From Opitutales bacterium (GTDB lineage Bacteria > Verrucomicrobiota > Verrucomicrobiia > Opitutales > PNEW01), in NCBI GenBank assembly GCA_965219535.1, contig CBDCNV010000001.1:810001-842000 (forward strand): a stretch of 32,000 nt of DNA. Reading direction: 5' to 3'. A model generated the notes under the pieces. It worked only from the letters and a program-made list of their open reading frames with translations. It did no database searches and had not been told where the DNA came from. Numbering within the stretch: position 1 is the stretch's first letter; every line of letters begins with the position of its first letter. The translations under genes were made by a program, and so were the position numbers. Shown in pieces: positions 1 through 10,767 of the stretch.

Positions 1-115
1 ATAAATTATAATCTCTTAATTAAATTGGCAATGATTTAGACATTATAATAATGCGAGTACACTCTAACGCAATGAAGGCTGGTAATATTAAGCATAATAC
101 GAAAGAGGACAGCCC

Positions 116-1675
116 TTGGGAATAATCGAAATAACCGTTATTGTAATTTATTTAGGCATCCTGGGAACTTTTGGGTTGTATTTTTCACGCCGTCAAAAGA
201 CGACTGAAGACTACTTTCTGGCTGGCCGCAACTTACCGGGATGGGTGGTAGGTTTTTCAATCATGGGAACGATTGTCGGGAGTGCAACCTTCGTTGGACA
301 TCCCGGGGAGGTATTTAAGAAGGACATGTGGGCATTGCCCATGCACCTGGTTTATCCCTTCGTAATGATTTTAATTTCCGTTTTTCTAGTGGCCTTTTAC
401 CGCAGGACGATACGCATGACTGCCTATCGGTATTTGGAAATACGTTTTGGCTACCCCGCGCGGGCCTATGGCGCGGGAGCATTTATTATAAGTCATATTT
501 TAGATTTAAGTATTACTTTCTATTTTTTGGCAGTCGCGGTTGGCTACATGAGTGGATGGGATGTGTGGTGGGTCATCCTGATCGTGGGCATGGCGACTGT
601 CATTTACACGATGGTTGGCGGGATAGAAGCTGTTGTGTGGACAGACGTCATACAAGGCACGCTTCTTGTTCTAGGCGGCTTGGTCTGCATATGTTTTTTA
701 CTTTTCTCATCCGATGCTGGCCCCACCGCAATTATCGCCAAAGCCTGGGAAGGGGGTAAATTTTCATTGGGCAACTGGGATTTCAGTTGGTTTGAAAATA
801 ATCAGTGGTTTTACATTTTAGGTGGGACATTTGGCGCGTTACAATATTTGGCCTGTGACCAGAGCAATGTTCAGCGTTATCTTCTGGCACGGACCGACAA
901 AGAAGCAGCGCAAGGAGCTTATATGGGTGCAGCTGCGTGCGTTCCCATCTGGATACTCTTTATGGTAATAGGTGCTTTAATGTGGGCGTTCTATGAATTA
1001 TCTACAGATCAACTTCCAGCCGAAGTGCTTCGGGAAAAGGACTTTATCATTCCGTACTTTATTAAAACCCAATTACCTGCCGCTTTGGTTGGGCTTATCT
1101 TGGCGGCGTTAATGGCGGCAGCCATGTCGTCCATAGATTCGGAGTTGAATTCTATGGCTGCGGTGATCGTCAATGATTTCTATGTGCGACTGCGGCCAAA
1201 TTCGAAAGATAAACATCTACTGCTCTTGGGAAAAATTGTCGTCGCGGTTATTGGAGCCTCCTCGATCATCATTGCGCAGCAATGGATCGGAATTAAATCG
1301 GTCATTGAATTATCCGTTACCGTGGCCTCGATCATAACGGGTGGAATTCTCGGCCTCTTTGCCCTCGGGTTTTTATTTCGATGGACGACGGCAAGGGGTG
1401 CCTATATCGGCATTGTGTTCTGTATTCTCTTTACGGGGTGGGCAACATTGACGCGGATTAATCTTCCTGGGATGGAAACAGCCTTGCTTGATCTGGGGCG
1501 TTTTAATTACACACTGAGTCCATACCTGATTGGGCTCTTCACTCATTTTATTTTAGTTGGTGTAGGGGTGCTGGCGAGCAAACTTACGGGTGGCCCTCAA
1601 CCGAATACAAAGGATCTTACTTTTTGGGATGTACTGGCCAAACGCCGGGGTGATTCAGTGATCAATGAAGAGTAA
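116..1675 (+). CDS. Sodium:solute symporter (SSS/SSF) family transporter
   Basis: The 519-aa ORF is hydrophobic throughout with many predicted TM segments. The N-terminal motif DYFLAGRNLPGWVVGFSIMGT is typical of SSS transporters. It uses a TTG start preceded by AAGAGGA about 6 nt upstream. The substrate cannot be inferred. Confidence 0.9.
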   Translation: MGIIEITVIVIYLGILGTFGLYFSRRQKTTEDYFLAGRNLPGWVVGFSIMGTIVGSATFVGHPGEVFKKDMWALPMHLVYPFVMILISVFLVAFYRRTIRMTAYRYLEIRFGYPARAYGAGAFIISHILDLSITFYFLAVAVGYMSGWDVWWVILIVGMATVIYTMVGGIEAVVWTDVIQGTLLVLGGLVCICFLLFSSDAGPTAIIAKAWEGGKFSLGNWDFSWFENNQWFYILGGTFGALQYLACDQSNVQRYLLARTDKEAAQGAYMGAAACVPIWILFMVIGALMWAFYELSTDQLPAEVLREKDFIIPYFIKTQLPAALVGLILAALMAAAMSSIDSELNSMAAVIVNDFYVRLRPNSKDKHLLLLGKIVVAVIGASSIIIAQQWIGIKSVIELSVTVASIITGGILGLFALGFLFRWTTARGAYIGIVFCILFTGWATLTRINLPGMETALLDLGRFNYTLSPYLIGLFTHFILVGVGVLASKLTGGPQPNTKDLTFWDVLAKRRGDSVINEE

Positions 1676-1791
1676 ACAGTGAGTGTAGGTTCTGGGTTCC
1701 CGTCCCTGATCGTGAGTGCATAATCCACATTTTCGCATTTACGGATTACCTCTATCTTTATAGCTTGAAGGATTAAGGAAACGATTATCCT

Positions 1792-2817
1792 GTGAAAAAA
1801 AAGAATAGAACGCTGCCGCTGGGGAAATTACGATCAGACATATTAGCGAGACTCATCGGCCGAGCTCCAATTAATGATCCAAGTGTAATTCTTGGACCCG
1901 GGGTGGGAATGGATTGTGCGGTCGTAGATGTGGGATCAAAATATTTAGTCTATAAATCGGACCCCATTACTTTTGCGACAAACGAGATTGGGTGGTACGC
2001 GGTGCAGGTAAATGCAAACGATATTGCTACGACCGGTGCAATTCCCCGTTGGTTTCTGCTTACCCTCCTGCTCCCAGAGGGAGAGACGACAGAAGATCTG
2101 GTCGAAAAAATCACCGATCAAGTTTACAGCGCTTGTGCAGAAATGTCTATCGCGGTGATTGGTGGGCACACTGAGATAACACATGGTCTGAATCGCCCAA
2201 TTATAGCTGGGACCTTGATCGGTGAGGTTGAACGCGATAGACTGATAACCCCTCGAGGCTCACATCCCGGTGATCGTATCTTACTCACAAAGGGAGTACC
2301 GATAGAGGCTACGGCGATAATTGCGCGTGAATTTCCCGATCGCGTGAGCGAATTCTTAAATGAAACTGAATTGAAACAAGCGATAGCCTTTCTGACCACA
2401 CCCGGGATCAGCGTGTTACGTGATGCACAGATTGCGTTAGGGGTTGGTAAGGTAACGGCGATGCACGATCCAACTGAAGGCGGTTTATTTTCTGCCCTCT
2501 GGGAATTATCGGAAGCGAGCGGTCATACGCTATCTATAGACCTGTCAGCAGTTCCGATCCCTCAACTTGCATTGAGAATATGTAAAGCCTTTAAGATGGA
2601 CCCATTCGCGGCAATCGCTTCAGGTGCATTGTTAGTTGTGACAAAGCCTGACGATACCGACGCCATTCGCGGTGCTCTAGAAGATGGAGGAATAGATTGC
2701 GCGGAGATTGGTGTGGTCGAAGACGGCCCGGTTGGGGTCTGGTGTGAAACGAGTACCGATCGAAAAGAAGTGATTCGTCCCGAACAGGACGAAATAGCGC
2801 GAATTTTTGAAAGCTGA
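1792..2817 (+). CDS. AIR synthase-related protein (PurM/HypE/ThiL/SelD-like ATP-binding superfamily)
   Basis: The 341-aa ORF has a GTG start. Motifs GVGMDCAVVD, NANDIATTGA and VIGGHTE, plus the C-terminal dimer-domain pattern, fit the PurM-like fold. It lacks the SelD N-terminal Cys/Sec motif, so the specific function is unknown. Confidence 0.8.
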   Translation: MKKKNRTLPLGKLRSDILARLIGRAPINDPSVILGPGVGMDCAVVDVGSKYLVYKSDPITFATNEIGWYAVQVNANDIATTGAIPRWFLLTLLLPEGETTEDLVEKITDQVYSACAEMSIAVIGGHTEITHGLNRPIIAGTLIGEVERDRLITPRGSHPGDRILLTKGVPIEATAIIAREFPDRVSEFLNETELKQAIAFLTTPGISVLRDAQIALGVGKVTAMHDPTEGGLFSALWELSEASGHTLSIDLSAVPIPQLALRICKAFKMDPFAAIASGALLVVTKPDDTDAIRGALEDGGIDCAEIGVVEDGPVGVWCETSTDRKEVIRPEQDEIARIFES

Positions 2818-2867
2818 TTTTATTCCATTCGGTTTTATAGATCTTAGATTGCAACATTCGAGTAGCT

Positions 2868-3449
2868 TTGTTGGGTATTGTAAGCGTGAACAACGAAGAG
2901 CAGCTACCACGATTAGTCCCTGGCTATAGTTTCCCCCCCTATGCCTATACGCCCGGTCTTTCACCACATCCGACTCGAGATCCAGAGGGTCATAATTTAA
3001 AAATAGAAATAGAAAGTAATGATACCTTCACCCCGACGCAATGGGAGGCATGTGAATCTTATCTCTTAGGATTCGATATGTTTAATCATGGGTTCTACTG
3101 GGAAGCACACGAAGCATGGGAAGCTCTTTGGCAAGCCATAGAACGTAAAGGAAGAAGGGCTAAGTTACTCAAAGGATTGATAAAGCTGGCAGCTTGTGGA
3201 GTAAAGGCCAGGCAAGCCAGTAATTCGGGAGTAATACACCTGGCTGGTGGCGCGTTAAAAGAATTTAAGGAAGTTTATAGGGAGAATGATAATAGCGGTG
3301 ATTACATGGGGTTAAATTTGAAGGCATTGATTGCTATTGCGGAGAAAGTAAAAGCTTTAGATATTAAAAAGTATGTCGTGTCAGGCGAACACTACCCGCG
3401 TGTTTTCGAATTTATTCTTCTGCCTGCCTTAAAGAAATCATTGGAATGA
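2868..3449 (+). CDS. DUF309 domain protein
   Basis: The FNHGFYWEAHEAWEALW segment, followed by LLKGLIKLAA, matches the DUF309 helical signature. The start is uncertain: TTG at 2868 or GTG at 2886. Confidence 0.75.
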   Translation: MLGIVSVNNEEQLPRLVPGYSFPPYAYTPGLSPHPTRDPEGHNLKIEIESNDTFTPTQWEACESYLLGFDMFNHGFYWEAHEAWEALWQAIERKGRRAKLLKGLIKLAACGVKARQASNSGVIHLAGGALKEFKEVYRENDNSGDYMGLNLKALIAIAEKVKALDIKKYVVSGEHYPRVFEFILLPALKKSLE

Positions 3450-3477
3450 TATCTTTTCGCATACTAAACGCTGTGGA

Positions 3478-5256
3478 TTACCACCCGATAGCGTAACAGG
3501 ATCTCCGTTGATCGGCACCGGTGCTGAGCATACCGGAATCCGGATCACGGCGTGCAACCGTTGCCCCCATTCCGCATACTTCCTTATGCACTATCTTATG
3601 TCCTAGAGCTTTTAAAGACGCTTCTGTCTTTGCAGAAAATCCCTCTTCCAGTGCCAGTTGACCGGCAAAATAATCATGGGGGTAGAAAGAGTCCGGCATA
3701 CTATCGGTGCCAAACCTGGGGGCCTCGACGGCTTCTTGAGGATTCATTTTAAAGAGCAGGGTATTGAGGATTAATTGTAAACAGGCTTGAGATTGATGAT
3801 CACCGCCGGGACAACCGATTGTCATCTCCGGCTTTCCTTCTTTCAATAATATGTAGTTAACTAAAGTCGTTCTCGGACGTTTTCCTGGTTCGACCCTATT
3901 GGGATGGTCATTCTCTAAGTTAAACATTTCAATACGAGTGCTCAGGGTGCAGCCCAGCTCTGGGAAAAACACGGCGTCAGCCAAAGCACCACCGCTTGGC
4001 GTAGCGCATACCATGTTCCCTCTCTCGTCCATGACCGCAATGTGGGTTGTGCCATGTTGGTGATCATTCTGCTCCGTGGGATTGGTATGAGGGGTCATTG
4101 AATTGGAGACCTGCTTCCCCTCATAAAGGGAAAAAGGCCAGGGATTACCGGCTGGTGGAAGCTCAGGGTAAGCGCTTTTTTCATCAATAAGGACGGCGCG
4201 CTCAGCGCTGTAATCTTTAGCGATCAACCCGTCAATGGGAATGGTTGAAAAATCAGGATCGCCGTAGTAGGCCGCTCGATCCGCGAATGCCAGTTTAAAA
4301 GCTTCAACAATCGTGTGGATGTAGCGTGGCGAATTATGGCCCATAGACTTGAGATCGAATCCCTCCAGTATATTCAGGGCTTGCATCAAAACGGCCGATT
4401 GGCTCCAGGTAGAGTGCCCGCAAATCTCGTACCCGCCAAAAGTGCATCTTATCGGTTGGTCGAACTTCGCATGGTAATTTTCAAGATCTTCGAGGCTGAG
4501 AATACCCCCTACACTTTGCGCGTAGTCGATAATTGATTTTGCAATTTCACCGCGATAAAATAAATCACGTGCGGCTTTAAGTCCTGCTTGACGGTTACCA
4601 CGTTCCCTCGATTCGGCCTCGACCATTTTTCTTAACGTATTCCCCAGGCTTTTTTGGACAAGAAGTGAGCCGGGTTGAGCATGAGTGCCGTTCCGGAAGA
4701 ATATTTCCATGCATCCGGGAGGGAAATTCCTGCTCTGCTCACCGATCCTCTCCGAATTAAGCCTGTGAAGCATATATTCATAGAATGGAAATCCGGCATT
4801 GGCATAATAAATAACTGATCCCAGTACATCACTTAATTTTTTTGTGCCATAGCGTTCAAGAAGCGAAATATAAGCGTCGACAACTCCAGGCACGGTAAGA
4901 GCAAGATACCCTAACGGCCCTGGCCCTTTTGGAATACAATCCAGGTTCTGTGATTTATAAAATTCGATCGTTGCTTTAGCCGGTGCGCAACCCTGACCAC
5001 TCAAAGAGAGTAGATCGCCAGATTCAGCATCGTAGAGCATAAATACTCCCTCAGCTCCCAATGAATAGGAAGCCGTCGGTTCAAAAACCGCGGCCGCAAA
5101 TCCAGCTGCGACAAGTGCATCAAATGCGTTACCGCCCTTTAAAAGGATTTGCATGCCTGCCATCGAAGTGAGGTAGTGTCCGCTGGATATTATTCCCTGC
5201 TTCGCATGGATGACAGGTCTTCCGGTAGAACCCCAAATGCTTTCTTTTTCTTTCAT
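3478..5256 (-). CDS. ggt: Gamma-glutamyltransferase family protein (no evident signal peptide)
   Basis: The 592-aa ORF has the Ntn-hydrolase autoprocessing site context HGTTHIAVMD (nucleophile Thr) and the C-terminal GGDHQ and GADQRR motifs typical of GGT. The N-terminus MKEKESIWGSTGRPV is not signal-peptide-like. Confidence 0.9.
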   Translation of the reverse strand: MKEKESIWGSTGRPVIHAKQGIISSGHYLTSMAGMQILLKGGNAFDALVAAGFAAAVFEPTASYSLGAEGVFMLYDAESGDLLSLSGQGCAPAKATIEFYKSQNLDCIPKGPGPLGYLALTVPGVVDAYISLLERYGTKKLSDVLGSVIYYANAGFPFYEYMLHRLNSERIGEQSRNFPPGCMEIFFRNGTHAQPGSLLVQKSLGNTLRKMVEAESRERGNRQAGLKAARDLFYRGEIAKSIIDYAQSVGGILSLEDLENYHAKFDQPIRCTFGGYEICGHSTWSQSAVLMQALNILEGFDLKSMGHNSPRYIHTIVEAFKLAFADRAAYYGDPDFSTIPIDGLIAKDYSAERAVLIDEKSAYPELPPAGNPWPFSLYEGKQVSNSMTPHTNPTEQNDHQHGTTHIAVMDERGNMVCATPSGGALADAVFFPELGCTLSTRIEMFNLENDHPNRVEPGKRPRTTLVNYILLKEGKPEMTIGCPGGDHQSQACLQLILNTLLFKMNPQEAVEAPRFGTDSMPDSFYPHDYFAGQLALEEGFSAKTEASLKALGHKIVHKEVCGMGATVARRDPDSGMLSTGADQRRSCYAIGW

Positions 5257-5489
5257 CGGTTGAAGGGATAATTTGAAGAATGTAAGACTGATGGTGTCGA
5301 AGTGCTAATCGACAAAATATGTAAGTAACGCTCTTGTGAATTATTCTATAGTGACTTCAGTGGTCAATATAAAGTCAATTCACGGTGAGTTAAAAAGATG
5401 GAGCCTATGAAAAGACCTTGTAATGAAATACCTGATGTGAAAGATGTATAATTTAAACCCCGTTATTAGTAAGCTGGCAGTCAAATAAG

Positions 5490-8400
5490 ATGCTTCTGAA
5501 CAAATCAGACGTACAATCCTTTAATTTTCATCCCGCGGTATCCCGATGGTTTGAAAGTCGATTCGGGACAGCCACCGAGCCACAAGAAAAGGGCTGGCCG
5601 GCTATACAGTCTGGTAAACATACTTTAATATCCGCACCGACAGGATCTGGGAAAACACTCGCCGCTTTTCTCGCCGCTCTGGACCAGCTTTTTAAAGAAG
5701 GATTGGAAGGAAACCTTCCCGATGAAACCCGCGTTATTTATGTATCACCGCTAAAGGCGCTGAGTAATGATATTCGTAAAAATCTGGAGGACCCACTCTT
5801 GGGGATCAGGACTCAGCTTCTTGAAAGTGAATATCGTGAAGTGGACGTGCGGGCCGATGTGCGAACAGGGGACACACCCGCTTCGAAAAGACAGGCAATT
5901 GCGAAAAGACCACCACACATTCTCGTGACAACGCCCGAATCCTTCTACTTGCTGTTAACCTCTGAGTCCGGAAGAAAGACACTTAGCACCGTCCAATCAC
6001 TGATAATCGATGAAATACATGCGGTGGTTGACAACCGTCGTGGATCGCATCTCGCGCTCAGCATCGAGCGACTGGCAGCTTTGGTCGATCATCCCTTACA
6101 ACGCATCGGTCTTTCGGCGACTCAGAAACCGATCGAAGCAGTGGCCCGCTTTCTCGTGGGCGTGAATGCAGTTGATAACAACGGCGAACCAGATTGCACG
6201 ATCATTGACACCGGGCACTCTCGAGATATGGATCTTGCGGTAGAGCTTCCTCGCTCGCCCTTAGAGGCGGTTATGGCAAATGAGGTCTGGGAGGAAGTTT
6301 ACGTGCGGCTCTCCGAATTGATAAACGAGCATAATACGACTTTGATTTTCGTTAATACACGCCGTCTGGCCGAAAGAGTAAGCCATCATCTGTGCGAGCG
6401 GCTCGGCTCTGAGATAGTAACTTCTCATCATGGCAGCCTTTCAGCGAAACTGAGACTCGATGCCGAAGACCGATTAAAAAATGGTCAACTGAAAGCACTG
6501 GTGGCGACAGCATCGCTCGAGCTGGGTATTGACATCGGGTCTATCGACCTCGTGTGTCAAATCGGATCCACACGTTCAATTACTACTTTTCTTCAACGTG
6601 TCGGTAGAGCGGAGCATAGGCGAGGTGGTTTACCTAAAGGAAGATTATTTCCGTTAAGTCGTGATGAGTTGGTGGAGTGTGCAGCTACTATTCGTAGTGT
6701 TCGCAAAGGTGAATTAGACTGTCTGCATATTCCCGAGAAACCGCTCGATATACTCGCTCAACAGATTGTCGCCTGCGCGGCATGTGAAGACTGGGATGAA
6801 AATGATCTCTTCACGACAATTAAGAATGCTTATGTCTATCGTAACTTATCACGCAAAGAATTTGGGGATGTGGTGAGGATGCTGGCGGAAGGAGTGAGTA
6901 CGAAATTTGGGCGGAAGGGAGCGCATATTCATTATGACGGGGTAAACCATCGTCTGCGCGCGCGGCGCGGGGCACGCATGATGGCTTTAACATCTGGAGG
7001 CGCTATACCGGACAACGCGGATTACCGGGTGGTGCTTGAACCCAGTGAAACATTTATTGGCACGGTAAACGAAGATTTTGCGATCGAAAGTCTGGCCGGA
7101 GACATCTTTCAGCTCGGGAATGCTTCTTGGAGAATACTCAGAATCAATTCGGGTATGGTGCGGGTGGAAGATGCGCAAGGATTGCCGCCTAATATTCCAT
7201 TCTGGCTCGGTGAAGCACCAGCCCGGACACAGGAGCTTTCATGGGCGGTATCGGAACTGCGAACAGAAATTGAGGAGAGATTGGACGATATTGAAGATGC
7301 GATTCAATGGATAAGGGACGAAACGGGACTTAGTCATCGTGCCGCGCACCAAATCGCGGAATATTACACGGCCGTCTACAAAGCCTTGGGAGTAATTCCA
7401 TCCCAGAAGAACCTGGTTATGGAGAGATTTTTCGATGAGTCAGGGGGAATGCAGTTGATTATTCACTCCCCATTCGGCAATCGCATCAACCGAGCCTGGG
7501 GTCTAGCGTTGCGCAAAAGATTTTGCCGTTCATTTAATTTCGAGCTTCAAGCCGCGGCAACGGATGACTCGATTGTTATTTCCCTGGGAACCCAGCATTC
7601 ATTTCCTCTGGATGAAGTGTTTCATTATTTAAACCCAAAAACGGTGAAGGATTTACTTTTACAAGCGCTCCTTGATGCGCCGATGTTTCCGATCCGATGG
7701 CGTTGGAATGCAGGTCGGGCGCTGGCGGTGCTTCGGCAGCGCGGTGGCCGGAAAAATCCACCGCCGCTCCAAAGGATGGAAGCGGAAAATCTTTTAGCCG
7801 CAGTCTTCCCTGATCAGCTTGCCTGTCTCGAGCATATAGTTGGCGATCGTGAGATACCTGACCACCCGCTAGTAAATCAGACGATTGATGATTGTCTTGT
7901 GGAGGCAATGGATATTGAGGGTTTGATTTCATTAATCGAAAAAATTGACGCAGAAAAAATTCGGTGTATCACGAGGGATTTACCGGAACCGTCACCCCTC
8001 GCACATGAAATTCTTAATGCTAAACCCTACGCATTTTTAGATAATGCGCCATTGGAAGAGCGGCGAACACAGGCTGTTTACACACGCCGCGGGCTTGAAC
8101 CTTCATCCGCCGCCGATCTCGGCCAGTTGGATACCGCAGCTATTGATAAAGTTTGCGAAGACGCATGGCCTCGAGCTGAGAATGCAGATGAAATGCATGA
8201 TGCTCTGCTTATGCTGGGTGTGCTAAAATGTAATGAAATTGAAAAAGGAATACGGATTGATGCTTCTAAGAACGGACTGAATGGATCCGGGCAAAATAAA
8301 GGGGCTATTTTTTTAGAGTCTCTAGCACTCGATTCTCGAGCTGGGCTCCTGCAGGTAGGTGCTGATAATAATAGATCTTCTTTTTGGGTTGCTGCTGAGA

Positions 8401-9947
8401 AGCTTCAGCTGCTGATCGCAATATATCCTGAGGGGGAAATAAATCCTCAGTTATCACCGCCCGATGATCAAAGGAATCAAAAATGGGATCGTTCCGAAGC
8501 GATCCGTGAATTGATTCGAGGGCGATTGGAAGCCTCAGGTCCGGTAACCATAGTTCAATTATCAGAACTGCTGGGCATTACAGACCGCGAGATCGAAGGG
8601 GCTTTATTAAACCTGGAATCTGAAGGTTTCGTTCTTCGCGGTCATTTTCGCCCCATGGTATCTGACCAGGAATGGTGCGACCGCAGGCTCCTGGCGAGAA
8701 TTCATAAACTTACGATCAATAAACTTCGCGCCGAGATTCAGCCGGTCTCCGTTATTGATTTTTACCGGTTTCTACTGGCTTGGCAAAGAGTGGATGACGA
8801 TCATCGCGTTGAGGGACCTGAAGGTCTGGAGGAAGTGTTAGGATTATTCGATGGATACGAATTGCCGGTTGCCGCGTGGGAGCCCCATGTTTTGGGGCAG
8901 AGATTTAAGGAGTATGATCCGCAATGGTTGGATCGCTATTGCTTTTCGGGTCGTGTTGGATGGGGCCGTTTAACTATTCCTCAAAATCATAAAACTCGGG
9001 CGTTTTCATTGGGTCCTTTACGTTCCAGCCCGATGGCTATTTTTAAGAGGGAGAATCTGCCTCATTGGTTAGCCTTAATCAAGCAGGATTTTCCGATCAC
9101 ATTTCCACCCGATACCCAGCGCGTATGGGAACTGCTTAATCAAGAGGGAGCAATGTTTTATTCTGAATTAGTCGGTAAGACTAACCTGCTTCCAACACAA
9201 ATTGAGCAATCGCTCGGAGAATTAGCTGCCCTTGGTTTCGTTACCGCTGATAGTTTTGATGGATTAAGAGCCCTCTTAATTCCCTCTGATAAACGGCCGC
9301 GCTTAGGACAGGGTAAGCGGAAAAGAAAGCAGACTCAAATTGGTAGTATCGAATTTGCAGGCAGATGGTCAGTGTTGCGTAAGCAATTAGCGAATGTTGA
9401 AGGGGATGCGGGCGAACTCCATTCATTACCTGGAAAAGAGGATTCTTTGAATCATCAATCGAATGATCGTGAAATCGAATGCTTTGCAAAAATATTATTA
9501 CGTCGTTATGGCATTGTCTTTCGCCGGTTACTAGAGAGAGAGGCCTTAAATATATCATGGTATGAACTTGGCCGCGTCTATCGTCGTATGGAAGCCAGGG
9601 GCGAGATTCGAGGCGGTCATTTCGTCGCGGGGGTTAGCGGTGAACAATTCGCCTTAACCGAGGCAATTGGTTTCTTAAGGTCGATACGCAAGATGGAGAC
9701 GAAAAGAGAACTTATTACGCTTAACGCAGCGGATCCTTTGAATCTGGTAGGCATTCTCACCCCGGGGCCGCGAGTCGCAGCGATCTCGGCAAATCGCATT
9801 CTCTTGCTTGATGGTTTGCCAATTGCGGCGCTCATCAGCGGTGAGATTATTAAGCTTGATCCCCAGGCGAGCGAATCAGATGCAGTGATAGCAGACAGTC
9901 TGAAAATCGGAAAATTACCCATCTACCTTAGACCCTATTACGCTTAA
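5490..9947 (+). CDS. lhr: Lhr-type large ATP-dependent DEAD/DEAH-box helicase
   Basis: The 1485-aa ORF has Walker A APTGSGKT, a DEIH box, the SAT-like motif and HHGSLS. Its long C-terminal extension has the length and architecture characteristic of Lhr, which is about 1500 aa. Confidence 0.9.
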   Translation: MLLNKSDVQSFNFHPAVSRWFESRFGTATEPQEKGWPAIQSGKHTLISAPTGSGKTLAAFLAALDQLFKEGLEGNLPDETRVIYVSPLKALSNDIRKNLEDPLLGIRTQLLESEYREVDVRADVRTGDTPASKRQAIAKRPPHILVTTPESFYLLLTSESGRKTLSTVQSLIIDEIHAVVDNRRGSHLALSIERLAALVDHPLQRIGLSATQKPIEAVARFLVGVNAVDNNGEPDCTIIDTGHSRDMDLAVELPRSPLEAVMANEVWEEVYVRLSELINEHNTTLIFVNTRRLAERVSHHLCERLGSEIVTSHHGSLSAKLRLDAEDRLKNGQLKALVATASLELGIDIGSIDLVCQIGSTRSITTFLQRVGRAEHRRGGLPKGRLFPLSRDELVECAATIRSVRKGELDCLHIPEKPLDILAQQIVACAACEDWDENDLFTTIKNAYVYRNLSRKEFGDVVRMLAEGVSTKFGRKGAHIHYDGVNHRLRARRGARMMALTSGGAIPDNADYRVVLEPSETFIGTVNEDFAIESLAGDIFQLGNASWRILRINSGMVRVEDAQGLPPNIPFWLGEAPARTQELSWAVSELRTEIEERLDDIEDAIQWIRDETGLSHRAAHQIAEYYTAVYKALGVIPSQKNLVMERFFDESGGMQLIIHSPFGNRINRAWGLALRKRFCRSFNFELQAAATDDSIVISLGTQHSFPLDEVFHYLNPKTVKDLLLQALLDAPMFPIRWRWNAGRALAVLRQRGGRKNPPPLQRMEAENLLAAVFPDQLACLEHIVGDREIPDHPLVNQTIDDCLVEAMDIEGLISLIEKIDAEKIRCITRDLPEPSPLAHEILNAKPYAFLDNAPLEERRTQAVYTRRGLEPSSAADLGQLDTAAIDKVCEDAWPRAENADEMHDALLMLGVLKCNEIEKGIRIDASKNGLNGSGQNKGAIFLESLALDSRAGLLQVGADNNRSSFWVAAEKLQLLIAIYPEGEINPQLSPPDDQRNQKWDRSEAIRELIRGRLEASGPVTIVQLSELLGITDREIEGALLNLESEGFVLRGHFRPMVSDQEWCDRRLLARIHKLTINKLRAEIQPVSVIDFYRFLLAWQRVDDDHRVEGPEGLEEVLGLFDGYELPVAAWEPHVLGQRFKEYDPQWLDRYCFSGRVGWGRLTIPQNHKTRAFSLGPLRSSPMAIFKRENLPHWLALIKQDFPITFPPDTQRVWELLNQEGAMFYSELVGKTNLLPTQIEQSLGELAALGFVTADSFDGLRALLIPSDKRPRLGQGKRKRKQTQIGSIEFAGRWSVLRKQLANVEGDAGELHSLPGKEDSLNHQSNDREIECFAKILLRRYGIVFRRLLEREALNISWYELGRVYRRMEARGEIRGGHFVAGVSGEQFALTEAIGFLRSIRKMETKRELITLNAADPLNLVGILTPGPRVAAISANRILLLDGLPIAALISGEIIKLDPQASESDAVIADSLKIGKLPIYLRPYYA

Positions 9948-10187
9948 AATTGATGAGGGGAATATTTATGGTGTTAAAATATCCCATCCACCTAGGGATT
10001 AATCACAGGTAAAAACCATCTTAACCTATAATAATACTTGATTTTCCTGTTACAATTGGCATTTATTTTCTTTTTTAAATAGATTTTATCATTACACTCT
10101 GGTTTAAATAGCTAATATTTCATAAAAATCACATTTAAAATATTTCTACTTAGCTAAGAATATATTATAAGAATTACGGGGGACACA

Positions 10188-10586
10188 ATGCGCGTATTAA
10201 TTGTAGATGATGATGAGGATTGTAGGGAGTTATTGCTGGATCACATCGCCCCTTTTGGTAAATGTGAATTAGCTACGAATGGGCTCGAAGGGCTTGAGTC
10301 CGTGAAACAAGCTTACGCGGATGGGGATCCATTTAATTTTATCACCCTCGATATGATGATGCCTGAACTAGACGGACTAACTGCCTTGAAACAGATTCGA
10401 GAGTATGAAGATTCTCAAGGGATAGAACGCAACGCGGGCGTAAAAGTTATGATGATTTCTGCCGTTGATGATATCAATAAAATCAGGCAGTCATTTAATG
10501 ATCAATGCGAAGCCTATGTCGTAAAACCTTTTGATCGTGAAAAGGTTTTGTACGGCATGAAGCAGTTAGGTATTATCGGCGATTGA
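10188..10586 (+). CDS. Stand-alone CheY-like response regulator receiver protein
   Basis: The 132-aa ORF has the acidic pocket VDDDED, a phospho-acceptor in LDMMMPELDG and a conserved Lys in VVKPF. There is no output domain. GGGGGA lies 5-6 nt upstream of the ATG. Confidence 0.85.
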   Translation: MRVLIVDDDEDCRELLLDHIAPFGKCELATNGLEGLESVKQAYADGDPFNFITLDMMMPELDGLTALKQIREYEDSQGIERNAGVKVMMISAVDDINKIRQSFNDQCEAYVVKPFDREKVLYGMKQLGIIGD

Positions 10587-10767
10587 ATTTTAAGGCCTAT
10601 CATTCAGTTTAGGCGATTTATTTATTGTTTGCGAATTGATGCCACCGGACAATCCAACTTTAAGGGTATAGGATTAATCTTGGGTAAATGATTCGAAGTT
10701 GATAAATTTTCCTGAAAAGAAATCAGGTTGATAGTCCTGATGGTATCAGAAAAATTATTAAGACAAT

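Noticed and set aside
328-759. The ORF track lists alternative-frame or antisense ORFs nested inside well-supported genes. Examples are 328-759, 15286-15810, 28915-29307, 7576-7932, 9241-9558, 9617-9922, 19982-20470 and 22387-22671.
   Set aside because: Their translations are low-complexity and Arg/Ser/Cys/His-rich with no motifs. Each lies entirely within a gene whose own frame shows strong family conservation, so they are typical shadow ORFs.
4355-4362. A TCGAATCC string resembles a tRNA T-loop.
   Set aside because: It lies inside the ggt coding frame. It has no flanking GG/T-stem complementarity and no acceptor or anticodon arms. I saw no tRNA-like cloverleaf anywhere in the intergenic regions.
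10722-10741. A small hairpin, ATCAGG-ttgatagt-CCTGAT, sits upstream of the sulfatase gene.
   Set aside because: The stem is only 6 bp, there is no T-run and no second copy. I cannot distinguish it from chance.
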